Below, piece after piece: positions 39,030 through 51,891 of a DNA stretch of 64,000 nucleotides. The notes beneath the pieces were generated by a model. The model did not search any database. It was not told where the DNA came from and saw nothing but the letters and a program-made list of their open reading frames with translations. A program made the position numbers and the translations under genes. Origin of the DNA: Octopus sinensis (taxonomy: Eukaryota); NCBI RefSeq assembly GCF_006345805.1, contig NC_043005.1, forward strand, positions 70,060,001 through 70,124,000. Reading direction: 5' to 3'. Within the stretch, counting starts at the first letter, position 1; each line of letters starts with the position of its first letter.

Positions 39030-39230
39030 AAGGTGGTGAAATGCCAGAAACGTTAGCATGCCTGATAAAATGTTTAGCGGCATTTCGTCCTTCTCTATGG
39101 TCTGAGATCAAATTCCGCCTTTCTGCTTTCTGTAGAATATAGAATAATTACCTGATTAGCTCTGGTGTTAATGTAATTGACTGAACTCCTCTCACAAAAC
39201 TCCTGGCAATCTGCTAAAATTTGAAACAAA
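39030..39230 (+). mobile_element. SINE family A-related copy, diverged
   Basis: CAGAAACGTTAGCATGCCTGATAAAATGTTTAGCGGCATTTCGTC...TCTGAGATCAAATTCCGCC. Confidence 0.6.
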
Positions 39231-40074
39231 TATACTGAGATAAGTATAGTGACGACGACATCGTTTTCTGGTAAGCATGGACCTGATGCATATGCAGTAA
39301 CAATTCCTATTTCATTTGGTATATTTGTTCGCATAATGATCTGATAATGAAATCTTATCCAATCAGCCGCTTCACCTCTACACTGGCAATTAAAAGATCA
39401 ACATGCAATTAATGTAAATGTATCATTGAATACACTACTTTATGAACAGTTTGATAATTCACAGTAAATATCTTAAATAGCAAATTACATTAATACACTA
39501 GTATCCAATTTTATCTCTCTACTTAATTCTACTTAATGTAACAATTTATAGACTGTGACTAAGCAAACATTTCACATAATTTATTGCCGTTCAAGAATTT
39601 ATATTTAAAACTGAATTATAATCAAACAGCTAGCAAAGATTTACGAAGACGCAACCGTTGCTAAGAATAGCTTGGCTAGTTTTACATGATCAATTCCAGT
39701 AATGATTATCTAGTAAAACCTACCGAGCTGGATGTTAAGAAATTAAGACAACGACACGCTTCTGATTATCAGCTAATCTATTTTCCTTCATATTTGCTAA
39801 TAATAATTCGGCAGGTAAATGAAATTGCACATTTCTAGTTATCCCTATTTATCCGTATATGTCTTGAAGAGTGAATAAAAACGTTAAAGAGAGTTCTTTT
39901 TTTTTTACTTTTATTTCCCTTTTCCGTTTTTATTCACCCTTCAATTCTTCGCATCTACCGTCTTGTTGCTTCTCGTGACTTCTATTGTAACAACATCCTG
40001 ATTTGCAAACAGAATACACAATGTGCTCAGAGCCAGTAGATTGCTTGGAATAACAAGGCATGTTATAAATACCT

Positions 40075-40307
40075 ATTTCTTTATTACCCACAAGGGGTTA
40101 AACATAGAGGGGACAAACAAGGACAGACATAGGTATTAAGTCGATTACATCGACCCCAGTGCGTAACTGGTGCTTAATTTATCGACCCCGATAGAATGAA
40201 AGGCAAAGTCGACCTTGGCGGAATTTGAACTCACAACGTAACGGCAGACGAAATACGGCTACGCATTTCGCCCGGCGTGCTAACGCTTCTGCCAGCTCGC
40301 CGCCTTT
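40075..40307 (-). mobile_element. SINE family A, full length and young, with a 12-bp TSD
   Basis: Complete head to tail. TTATAAATACCT occurs at 40063-40074 and 40308-40319. Confidence 0.95.
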
Positions 40308-40611
40308 TTATAAATACCTGTCTAGAGTAAAAATCTATTAGTAGCTTGTATCTTTATACTGCATGTATTAAATGACATCTTTCTCACTCGATGGTGTAAT
40401 ATTTTCTCGACGGTTTACAGTATGTCCACATTCAAACAAATATATCGTGGCCACTAGACAGTAAACCATTAAAATCTTGTTCATGCCTGCATGATATCTA
40501 ATTATTATAACGTTGATTACTTCACTTATGTTTCCCTTCATGTCTCTTGTTTAAACGTATTCTGCGCAAAAAACAAATACGGAACAATTTTGTTCTCAGT
40601 TCTAAACGTGG

Positions 40612-40676
40612 CAAAGTAAATTATTAACTCGACCTGGGTGGCTATACATACCAACCTTTGTGGTTTTTAATATATC

Positions 40677-40719
<43 letters not shown>

Positions 40720-40742
40720 TATATATACATATATAAGAGATC

Positions 40743-40775
<33 letters not shown>

Positions 40776-40840
40776 CAAAGTAAATTATTAACTCGACCTG
40801 GGTGGCTATACATACCAGCCTTTGTGGTTTTTAATATATC

Positions 40841-40880
<40 letters not shown>

Positions 40881-40905
40881 TAAGTGATCATGTGTATATA
40901 TATAT
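40612..40905. repeat. Tandem duplication, period ~164 bp, with embedded (TA)n
   Basis: CAAAGTAAATTATTAACTCGACCTGGGTGGC starts at both 40612 and 40776. Confidence 0.9.
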
Positions 40906-40957
40906 ATAAGAGGTCAGTGGATCAGTAGGATCAGTAGGATATATATATAAGAGGTCA

Positions 40958-41121
40958 GTAGGATCGCGGTTTCGATTCCCAGACCGGGCGTTGTGAGTGT
41001 TTATTGAGCGAAAACACCTAAAGCTCCACGAGGCTCCGGCAGGGATGGTGGGGATCCCTGCTGTACTCTTTCACCACAACTTTCTCTTACTCTTTGTTTC
41101 TGTTGTACCTGTATTTCAAAG
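40958..41121 (+). mobile_element. SINE family C, truncated at both ends
   Basis: GTAGGATCGCGGTTTCGATTCCCAGACCGGGCGTTGTGAG...GTACCTGTATTTCAAAG. Confidence 0.88.
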
Positions 41122-43603
41122 TGAAAGCTTACGACAAGGACATAAGAGATGACAAAGATCGGAAGGAATATAGATGTTGCACGGATTGTAGTCGAACCAA
41201 GAAAGAAAGATCATTGGCCTGGGCAATGGGATGAACGGCATTCTTCATTTATAACCAGTACAATTATTTCGACACATTCAATTATTCATGACACATTTAT
41301 GAGATTTTCCATACTCATTACCTTGATTTCAATGTGTAAAATGCGCCTCCGGATAATTTATTAAAGAATCCCTTCTTTAGATCATACCATCATTTCACTG
41401 AATGTGAGAATGCATACGGAAAGTGATACTTCAGTTTCAACAGTCTACAAGAAAAATCCTGAAGGATTTAACAAAAGATTTATTGTAACTCTCACTTGAG
41501 ATGGAGGACTGTACAGCTTGGATTCATGATAATGTTTACTCATCAATTCGCCAATGAACTACAGCTGTAATAATGTGTCGAAACAATTGTAGTGGTTTTA
41601 ATTAAAGAATATCGTTCATTCCATTTGTCGTAATGTATCTTTCTGTATACGCTCCACGGATACTACGGAGACCCAACGACAGAGAGTTTATTATGTTTTT
41701 TAAAGCCAAATTATATCTTCAAAGATAAATGCATAATTCAATCTTTTCTTTCACCATAAAAATCAAAAATTAAATATTTAACAAAATAAAAGTGTTGTAG
41801 GAAATAATCCTAATGTTTTAAGGTTATAAGTTAGTTAATAGAGTTTTTTCTGTAAGAAAAATTATTATTATTTATTTATTAAATAAATATTGTTTAACTC
41901 TATTTGCTTATTTATTTAACTATTATCATTAACCTGAAGATTGACTATAAATTTAAATCGAATTTATTTCAATTCAATTTAAGCTTAATTATAATTCGAA
42001 TGTAATTGTAGCCATGAAACATACGTAGTTTTTACATATTATATTATATATTTATCATTAATTTTATACTTTTTGAGATCTAGTTATAAGTTATATATAT
42101 ATATATATCTATATATACATACATACATACATATATATGTGAGTGTGTGTATGAGAAAAAGGTTGATTTAAATTTCATCCTTTACCTTAGGAGATTCCAA
42201 AGTTAGATTTGTAATAAAGATTCTTCATATTAAATATGAAAACGTTTCAAGCATAAGGTATGTTATGAGCATTTATAGAACACGTATGCTATAGAAACTC
42301 AACAAACAATTTTAAAAATGTAGAAGGGAAAGATTTAGATGTTTTATAAAATTTTAATCCATGCATACGATTGTTTCGAACGGTAATATTAACATGCAAG
42401 AAACATGGAAACAATTAAAAAGTAATTTAATTATAATTATAAATAAATTAATTACATATTACCGTTCTCCTTAGAGCAAAAAAAGAGTACATCAAAAAGA
42501 ATACATCAAAATAATATTATATTGTTACAGAAGACTAATTTCGGATATTCATAATATGATTATGAAAGGTGAAAGATGAAAACCTGTTTAGACAGTTTTG
42601 AGTCTAGTTGTGTATGCGGTTAACGGATATTTGGAAATCTAAGTGAAAATTGTTTAAGAAACATTCTCTCTATATGAAGATAAGCAATTAAGTGATATAT
42701 ATTCCATATAAAGCATTCGTCATAAGAAGTAAAACATAATATATATATATGTATATATATAAAAAAAATGAACGTCCAATGGACGGCATAGCTATATTTA
42801 AATTTGCATGTGATTTAACAGTTATGAGTGGTATACAATGGACATAATGAAAATAAATTATGTGTATTAAAAAGAAATTGTTTTAAAAACGTCCTAGAAT
42901 ACGAAATACAAGCAGTTAGTATAACTTTGTGTATGTTATTTGAAATTCAAATGACAAAAATAATTAGGGTTGTGAGGGAGTAATTAGTAGGTTAATATAA
43001 TGGAGAAATGTGATTTATTATTAGTTAAAAAGCATTATATTCATTTGTGTGACATAAGTCTGAGAGGAAGGATTACATAAAAAGATGAATAGTTGTTAAT
43101 GTTACAGATTCGAGAAAGAAAATACTGTGGTTAAAAATATTGAAAAGAAAAAGAAACACGTACGATGATAAAAAAATTATTTTAGGTGAATAAGGTAACA
43201 ATGTAGGGGAGATAAGGCGAAGGTGAATTCGTAAGAAAGATATTTCGAAGAAATACACGTTTCTATATTTTAATATTAACAATGTTAGTTATATAAAATA
43301 TTACAATAAAAAATTGAGAATCTAGTTATGGATAAAAGCGGTAGAAAACCGTAGCGATATTTATAAATAATTGTCTAACTTATATAACGTAGCGGTGAAA
43401 GTGAATATAAAAAGTTCACTGAGTTGTAACCTTTTTTTAAATGGCGATGGCTTGTCCTTGGTTTTTTAAAGAGGTTGTGTAATCTTTTTATGTATAGCTC
43501 AAGTTTTCTATGGAAGGTATTACTAACTAAAATAAATATATGTATATATATATTTCAAACCACAAATTTTTCACAACATGTCGCTGCAAAGATATATATA
43601 TAT

Positions 43604-43640
<37 letters not shown>

Positions 43641-43964
43641 CAAAGTACAAATTTTTGACAAGATGTCGCTTTCAAATTTTCAGAGTTGTTTATGTCTGGT
43701 TAGTATTTGCTCTCTATAGTATTCAAAGTGGTTTTCAATTTCTGTGCTTTAAAATAAACTATTCTACTATACAGTAAAATCTACAGAACTTTGGCTCATT
43801 CGTGCGCATACAATTGGGATAACAGAAATTATACATGTAAACATGCACGTACATATTCTCACATAAGCAAACATAGAAATGTATAGGCACAGACACATAC
43901 ACACACATTTATACACAAATATATACACACATACACAACATGTATATACTTATATCTATATCTA

Positions 43965-43970
43965 TCTCTC

Positions 43971-44030
<60 letters not shown>
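43965..44030. repeat. (TA)n microsatellite
   Basis: Read directly from the sequence. Confidence 0.9.
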
Positions 44031-44033
<3 letters not shown>

Positions 44034-44181
44034 CGTTATATACCCGTGCGTGTGTGTTTGTGTACGTGTAATATATTTGTACATTTATGATATTTAATAA
44101 TGGCGAATCCATCAGTATATATTATGAAGAAAAAATATACACTTGTAGATGTGTTTGCACATATACATACATGTGAATATA

Positions 44182-44223
<42 letters not shown>

Positions 44224-44477
44224 TATCTATATAATATTTTAATTCACTTGTAATGAATTCAGTGTTCGTCGCTTTTTCTTTGCATTGAAGATTGACGTAT
44301 GTTTTAATATTTTAGATTTTTAAGCGTAAGGTATATTTCGTTAACAGAAATTAGGTGTTACGGATATATGCCAAAATACGGGGTGATTTTTAGACATAGG
44401 CGATTAAAATTGTATTAATTAATTTGTAGGCATAGATGTCAACTCATTGTCGCAAATCTATATAGCTATATATGTGT

Positions 44478-44504
44478 GTAGTAGTAGTAGTAGTAGTAGT
44501 AGTA

Positions 44505-44543
<39 letters not shown>

Positions 44544-44590
44544 CAGTAGTAGTAGTAGTAGTAGTAGTTGTTGTTGTTGTTGTAGTCATA
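44478..44590. repeat. (GTA)n/(GTT)n tract at the 3' tail of the RTE
   Basis: Read directly; contiguous with the RTE 3' end. Confidence 0.9.
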
Positions 44591-45209
44591 GTAGGTATTC
44601 ATCGGTCTCAAGAGGCCATAAATGTTCACCCAAAGAAATCGTGTCAGCTGCTGATGGTGGTTCAGCCACTGTTGTAAATACACATGCCCTCACAGAGGTG
44701 GCAGTCACGTGTAGAGCGACTGCTGGTGCTGCTGATTTTTTTCCTTTCGTCGAGTGTCTGATGGCGAGTACCTTTTTTTTCATTCGCTCCTTTCACTCCC
44801 TTCCGCAGTATTTTCCTCCATTATTGGCGATCATTTGCAACCTCTTCTCCTCTCATGACGTCCAGATCAAGCTACTTCATACCCTTCTTACAGACATCTT
44901 TGAAACGAAGATGAAGGCGTCCTCATGCATTTGTGCCGGTAGCCAACTCCCCATACAGGAGGTCTTTTGGTATCCTTCCGTCTAGCATGCAATGAACATG
45001 ACCGAGCCAGCGCAACCGAAGATGCTGGAGCAAGATTTCTATGCTAGGTATCTTGGCTCATTTGAAAACTTTGGTTGTGGTGATGTGGTCGATCCACTTG
45101 ATGTGCAAGATGCGTCTTAAATTGCGAAAATGAAAGATGTTGAGATGCTGCCCCTGTCTAGAGTAGAGGCTCCACGTCTCACTGCCATAAAGTAGCGCAC
45201 CAAGGACAG
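44591..45209 (-). mobile_element. RTE (BovB-like) LINE 3' fragment
   Basis: LLYGSETWSLY, RNLRRILHIKW, LRLRWLGHVHCM-DGRIPKDLLYGEL, LRFKDVCK, and a remnant terminal CxxC finger. Confidence 0.92.
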
Positions 45210-45955
45210 AAAATGTTCAGATAGATATCAATCTAGCATAAATAACAGAAAAAAATTATGTGGGAAGTTTCTTAGTTTTTTCACTTCATCCATGGTCCAT
45301 GAGTGTCATTTTGTATTCGCTAGCTGTTGTTGAAAATATAATAGAGTTAAGGGCATATTTGAACAGGATACTTATATATGTTTTAACGTGAATTATAACA
45401 TCAATACCGTAGCAGGCGTATTAAACTGCTCAAATGAAACAGCGGTACAATGTTGTTTATAAATAAAAATATAATTATGTGACTGCGTACGTGCGTATGT
45501 GTGTGTGTACGTGCTAGTATGAGGGTACGATATGATCTCATTTGAAAATTACAATTGCGTTGTTGATTAAAATTCTTCAGTGTCGTGGCCAAGCACGTCC
45601 GTTGTACAATTATTTAAACATGTATAAAATCCAATGTATAAATCGCAGGTTTTATATCTCTCGTGAGGATACCAATTCTCAAGTAAATGACGTTTTCCCG
45701 ATAAACAAATTGAAACAACATTTAGCATGTGATTGACTGTTTTTTTCCGGGTGGTGAGGATTTATTAACTTCCCTTCTTGCATACATTGCTGAGTGGCTA
45801 ACAAGAACAGTCTTTGAAGGACAATTTTAGCTGCAAGTTGATTATTCGATTGAATTACTGGATTTTCTGTACATACGTTTTTCTGCGTGTTGCCCATTCA
45901 GTTGCAATTATTTTCCTATTTTCTACAGGAATATTGCATTGCTTTTCGTTATGCG

Positions 45956-46021
<66 letters not shown>

Positions 46022-46057
46022 GCCATGTATGTGTCTATATATATGTATGTATATGCG

Positions 46058-46093
<36 letters not shown>

Positions 46094-47686
46094 ACTCTAC
46101 ATACATGTGCGCGTGTTTGTGTGTGTGTGTTTCTAGGTGTGTGGAAATGAACATGTTTGTAACGGTTTTTCTTTCCACAGAACTTTGCTCGTTACGGATT
46201 GAAGCGTAGAAATTCCTGTATGCTGTATGGCAAGTATATAACCTGCCGACCACAATATCACATCTCCAAATTCATATCTCCATTTTCAATTCCAGGACAT
46301 CGGCGTCATTTTCCTATCCTTTCTTAGATATATGTAAAATTTATCAAAGTATTTTTTCTGATATTACTCGAATTGTTAAAATTTCTTTCGAATATAACAT
46401 ACATCTACAAAAGCCATACAACATACAAAAGAGAATAAGATCACTGAAAAAATATATTTTACATACGTTTTTATATTTCACATTGAGAGCAGTTTGAAGA
46501 TTGAATTTCTTAAAATAAGTATTTCACTTCTGAATCTTATGTACAATTTCCTTTGTATGTCACTTTATATGTCACATAAAACTGATGGAGAAAATGTTTC
46601 AAAAAATTCAACAGGTTTCATGTTTTCGAAACGTTGTCAAAACTTTACAGTCAACGGCTGAGAAGTAATAAAGTGTTCTTAAACACCTGCTGATGTGCCA
46701 AAGTCAAGGCTTTTCTGTACCTATGTGAGCCAGAGAGTGCAATGCAGGCGCTCTTAGAATCAAGGAGGTTATCGTAATTCCTGAGTTTAAAACTAGATGA
46801 AATACTAGACAATAAAAACACAAGATATATATCGGCTTTATCAACGACACCAGTCTGCGCATATCATTACCATCTCCTACATATATAAGTAAAGATAAGA
46901 ATTTCCCATTTCTCCACTTGTCCCACTGAAGAGAGACAATGAAATATCAAAAGTAAACCATGAACTCTTTACTGTTTCTACTTCCGTATATTATTTGTTT
47001 TGCATTTTTAAGAAGTTTTATTTGCTTATAATTCTACGCAATACTTCACTGAAAATACTAAATAATGGGAAAAGTACTATCAAGAATTATGGAGGGGCCT
47101 AGAATGTTATATATTAATTTTATTTTATTCTAAAAGATTTGAATATTTCTTTCATTACGCGCGAGGATACCAAAACCCATCAGCATAGTAAAAGTCGCTA
47201 TCGGAGATACAAGATATCTCCTTTAGAACTAAGCTGTTGGAGCCTGAATATCTTGTGTGGTAGAGCATATAAATATCGTTATAGGTATTCTTTGGAAGGC
47301 ATTGCAAAAAATAAATATGATAAAATATTTAATACATAAAATAGAAGCTGTTTCTTCCAGCTTTCATTTTCCTCTCTTCATATTTACTGACTTCATATGA
47401 GTTTCAATGTGAATAAATTTTATTATGTATACTATAATCTTCATATCTTTCAAATTCGAAGCATTGCGTGAGTTTCATGCATAATCAGTAGTATTGTACT
47501 TTAACTGGTCAATGTTATTTCATCTCAAACGGATGATTTTCTGAATACAATTTTTGAAAACATGCAGGTATGCTCTAAAATATCCGACTTGTGGTCTCAA
47601 ATACTGTTAACTGAACATGATGTAAATATAAATTACAAGAATGCGTATCTCTCTCTCTCTCTCTTTTTTCCTTCTTTCTTTCTTTA

Positions 47687-47744
<58 letters not shown>

Positions 47745-48699
47745 AGAGTATATGAGCAAGTGTGTGAGTTTTCGTATACGTATGTGCGTATGTGTCTGTA
47801 TATCGATCTCGTATGATTATAAATTTGCACGTGCGTTTCTATCAGTATGAGTTCATACACACACACACACAAATATTACAATACACTACATGGCAACACA
47901 CAATTTTGCGTGTGCTTGTTTGTGCGTATACACGAGTAACAAGCTCTATATGATAAATGCTGGTTTCTGCGTAGCTGTTGTTATGAATGAGTGCACACGC
48001 ATACAATGCACAGGCATTCAGTATACATAGAAACTAGATCGCATGCACATATATAGGCAGAACCATATATTGTTTTCAGTGCATTTATTTGTATCCATTC
48101 ATGTGTTTACGTGTGCATGTGTCCTATTTGGAATGCACGTTATTGGGGGTAAGATTAGCAAAGATTTATGTTCCTCAATCAATATCAATTCTGAAGCACA
48201 ATTCCATGCATCGCTTGTCTGACATTAACATTCTTCTATTTTTTTTCTATTCTTGTATTCTTCCATTTTCTTTTACACTGCAGTGGTATGATTTTCATCT
48301 TTCTGTTTGTTTCATTTCGTTTGAAATCCATATATGTCAATACAGTGGCAGAGCAACATCCTTTGTTTAAGCCACTAACTGTTTGGAAACGTATTCATCT
48401 TCGGTGGAACATCAATACCAGTGTTTTTCAGTTGATTAGTAAGAACTAGTAACTCTTAAAGAAAAATATGTCCGTAAAATAACATTAAATACCTTTAACT
48501 ATTACAGCACAGTATCTAAAGGGTTACCGGTAATTAATGCAGCATATAACTATATTAGCCACAGTTCATTTTCAAAAGCGAAGAGGAAAGAGTTTGAATA
48601 AATGCTCTGTAGTTCAGAGTTTTACCATTTCTGATATTTCCTTTTTTTAAAACATACCATTGTTTTTACTACTATACTACTAATATTATTATAACCAGT

Positions 48700-49250
48700 A
48701 TTTATGTTTTATTAATAATAACATTCTATATATTTTACTTAATGTGGATATCCTGTATGACGCCACAAAACTACAGTAACTACTTGAGAGAGCTTCTTGT
48801 ATAGATGCACAGAGCTGAAAAGCACAGCAGCGCACCAGTAACAGAGGAAAAATAGCCTGCAACAGTAGTAGAATTGCTATATCACAATTTGTATGTCTTT
48901 GGCACAGGGTTAGGGATTTTGGGGTGAGAGATATGTTAAAGGCAGAATAGACATCAGCTGCATATGAAAACAGAATGTGTATACTAAGCTGTATTGAATA
49001 AGTGTTTCGAAGTTGGAAACTAGGCTAACGACATTGTGGACAGAAAAATATTCAATACTACGATTGTGAAGAAGAGACTAGCATTATATTTCATCGCTTC
49101 TGGAAAGCTGTTGTTTTGGATGGTACTTGGACTCAAATCAAAAATACTTTGAATGGATAGAGCGACACCTTTATCAAAACCTCTAGCGATTCTGGAATTC
49201 AATCACCCTGAAATTGTTTTTAATTACAGGAAAAGGCCATCAAATTTGAG
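48700..49250 (-). mobile_element. Possible L2/CR1-like RT relic
   Basis: Degenerate KGV, LFFTIV and LFSYAADV (YADD-like) motifs in the expected order; weak. Confidence 0.35.
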
Positions 49251-49929
49251 AGGAGGAACAGGTCGCAAACATCTTTTCTAATACAATGCTGTATATTCCT
49301 ATCAAAGTTTGCTGAAGGGTAATTGTGTTCAAACAGATCTCGCGTATCGGGAGTATAATTACACCAAAGTAAACACACTCATAGGTTCAAATTATCTTTT
49401 TTTTTTAGTCATTACAATTCAGCTTAACTATATAGCTAATTTACTCTTAGCTTGACTAATCTTTTGATAAATCAATAAATCAGTTTATTTGTAACTCCTC
49501 GTTACTGTTTATGACCTGAACGTACCATCTATCTTTTTAATGTGTCACGTTGGATAAGAGACGAAAATAAATTGATGGATTCCCGAATGGCAATGAAAGG
49601 ACTTACATATATTTTTTTTTTAAATGTTTTTTCGATTGATTAAACGATTATACTACCAATCAATGTGTAATTAGTTAATCAGTTAACTATTTGAGTCATA
49701 ATAGAAACAAGTAAAACCTTATCCATGATTTTATGAGAAACATTAACTGCCAAGGTTACAACACATTCGCACTCGCAAAAAAGGATTCGAAAACATTCTC
49801 GAATATGGGTGAGTGTGTGTGTGGGGGGGGTGCATGTGTAAGGGAAAATTCAAAGTTCCCTTGCATTAATCATGTGACATAATGACCCTAATTATACGTT
49901 TCCATTCTACATCACCACCCCTCTCTCAA

Positions 49930-50330
49930 ACTGAAAAACTCAGTAAATTCAGTTTCTTTGCGGAGGGGATGTCACTTCCATCGCAGACAGGATAATCCTT
50001 ACAAGAGATATGTTCTCTTTCGTATATTATCTCATCGAGTCTCAAAATTTCAATTTCAACTATTTTTTCAAGGTGGTTGATACCACTGATTGGCATCAGC
50101 TCCTTAGATTCGTAAGTGAGTCGAGTAGGATCGCTGCGAAGCGACTGTTCCATTATAGTTCGAATCTCACTGTTCATATCCTGCCTGTTAGCCTCCTCAT
50201 TCTGTATTATCTGTATTTTTATCGTTGATTGCAGTTGCATGAGCGAGTTTCATGCTTTGCGCGTTCCTGCAAACGTATGCCAGAATATTTTTGATCAATT
50301 CCCATTTGCATGGGTATGATCTTGTTTTCC
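49930..50330 (-). mobile_element. Possible mariner transposase relic (HTH/linker region)
   Basis: INHLEKI and VCD...QRN resemble mariner IxNHLxKIG and CxSLLKRN; weak. Confidence 0.4.
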
Positions 50331-50334
50331 GCCT

Positions 50335-50520
50335 TTTCCTTTCCCTTGGATAACACTGGTGGCGTGGAAGGGGGAGACCGGTATGCATGGGCGACTGCTG
50401 GTCTTCCATAAACAACCTTGTCCGGATACAGCTTGGTACCTTTGACGTAGGAACTCATTTCTACAGCTGAGTGAACTGGAGCAACGTGAAATAAAGTGTC
50501 TTGTTCACGAACACATCATA
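50335..50520 (-). mobile_element. SINE family D fragment
   Basis: AACTCATTTCTACAGCTGAGTGAACTGGAGCAACGTGAAATAAAGTGTCTTG. Confidence 0.65.
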
Positions 50521-50952
50521 ATGAACTTGGAATTGAATAATAGCAGAAACGTGAAAAAACTGAGAAGGTAGCGTATAGAAAACACAGACAGTACACAACC
50601 GAAAGCAGAAAAAGAACAACAGAGACTAAAATGTAAAAAAAATAATAAGTAAAAAGGCGAAAGGGCTATCCTTCTTAGACCTTAAATAATAAGGCTGGAA
50701 AGATATCAAGTTAGTCAGGAATTTCTATGTGAGTGTTAATTCTGAGAAGAAACATTTACAGACCAAGTGTCTTAACTCTCAGAAGAAACATGGATACAGC
50801 GACAAGAGCAAAAGTTTAATTACGTTTCTTATATTTCTCATTAGGCAAAACAAATTCTATTTCCTTTGCTTTATCATCAAGGTTCAATATTATTTAACGT
50901 TTGTGTTTCTATTTGGTGCTTATGCATGTTTGTGTTCTTGTTTCTTGTTATG

Positions 50953-50995
50953 AGGCGGAGAGCTGGCAGAAACGTTAGCACGCCGCTAAGACTAA
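50953..50995 (+). mobile_element. SINE family A head fragment
   Basis: GGCGGAGAGCTGGCAGAAACGTTAGCACGCCG. Confidence 0.7.
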
Positions 50996-51552
50996 AATTC
51001 CAAATAGCAACTATTTGGAATTTCAGTTTTAGAACCTTGTGCCTTTCATGTTTCTGTGCTATTCTTCACACTAACTGGACTTTTTCTATGTTTTCTAATC
51101 CATTTCCCAAGTCTACAGATTTTTTTCCCATCAAATTAAGCTGTTCTGTTACACAAAAAGTTGCGTCCTAAAGTTATCTAAAGCAGTACAATTCCACATC
51201 TCCGAATACAGATCATTTTTGCATCACTTAGCACAATTAATAAACGCCGCTAATTTATGAAAGGAACGGTACTTGGTGCGTCTTTCAGAAAAAAAAATCA
51301 TTTGTTGCTGATTAAATGATACTCGTTAATTGCTTTCCGATACTCCGTATATCTTTCGGCTTAGCTTTTTTAAACACTTAACAAAAGTGTGAACATATCT
51401 TGCACATATTTCATATTCTAAACATTTATAAAAATAGGAAATAGAACTATTTCCAATTTTACAAATAATGATAAATGATGAAATAGAGAAAGCAAAATGG
51501 GTATGCAGTTCTACAGTCAAATATACACCAGAAACAGTGGTAAGTTACGGGA

Positions 51553-51682
51553 ACACACACACACCGAAATCGGTTATCGAGCGACTGTGGTGGAACAGAG
51601 ATAAAAAGATACACAAAACACACACACACCGAAATCGGTTATCGAGCGACTGTGGTGGAACAGAGATAAAAAGATACACAAA

Positions 51683-51690
<8 letters not shown>
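51553..51690. repeat. Perfect 65-bp tandem duplication inside a degenerate family B SINE (minus strand)
   Basis: CGAAATCGGTTATCGAGCGACTGTGGTGGAACAGAG starts at both 51565 and 51630. Confidence 0.92.
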
Positions 51691-51715
<25 letters not shown>

Positions 51716-51794
51716 CACACATATACATATACATACAGAAACACGCACACAGATACATATATATATATATATATACATATGTATGTGTGTGTGT

Positions 51795-51891
51795 GTATAA
51801 TTGCCAACCAAGTGTGGTGTCCTATTCGGGACTGTACTACTAGCGTTTAAAGTCCCAGGAAGACATCCCTTCCAGATGCCTAACGACACAC
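51795..51891 (+). ncRNA. Candidate degenerate HDV-like ribozyme
   Basis: P1 GTATA/TGTAC, P2 GTGTGGTG/CGACACAC (7 of 8 pairs), P3 TCC/GGA with loop TATTCG, P4 GCGT/ATGC, J4/2 CTAA, all in HDV order. P1.1 and loop L3 are non-canonical. Confidence 0.35.

Noticed and set aside
46710-46772. Possible small minus-strand exon (NYDNLLDSKSACIALSGSH)
   Set aside because: Short and unidentifiable, with no supporting neighbours.
46923-46950. CCA-CTGAAGA-GAGACAAT-GAAA after a weak YIG-like remnant
   Set aside because: No stem II and no stem I partner. Possibly a PLE relic but not supportable.
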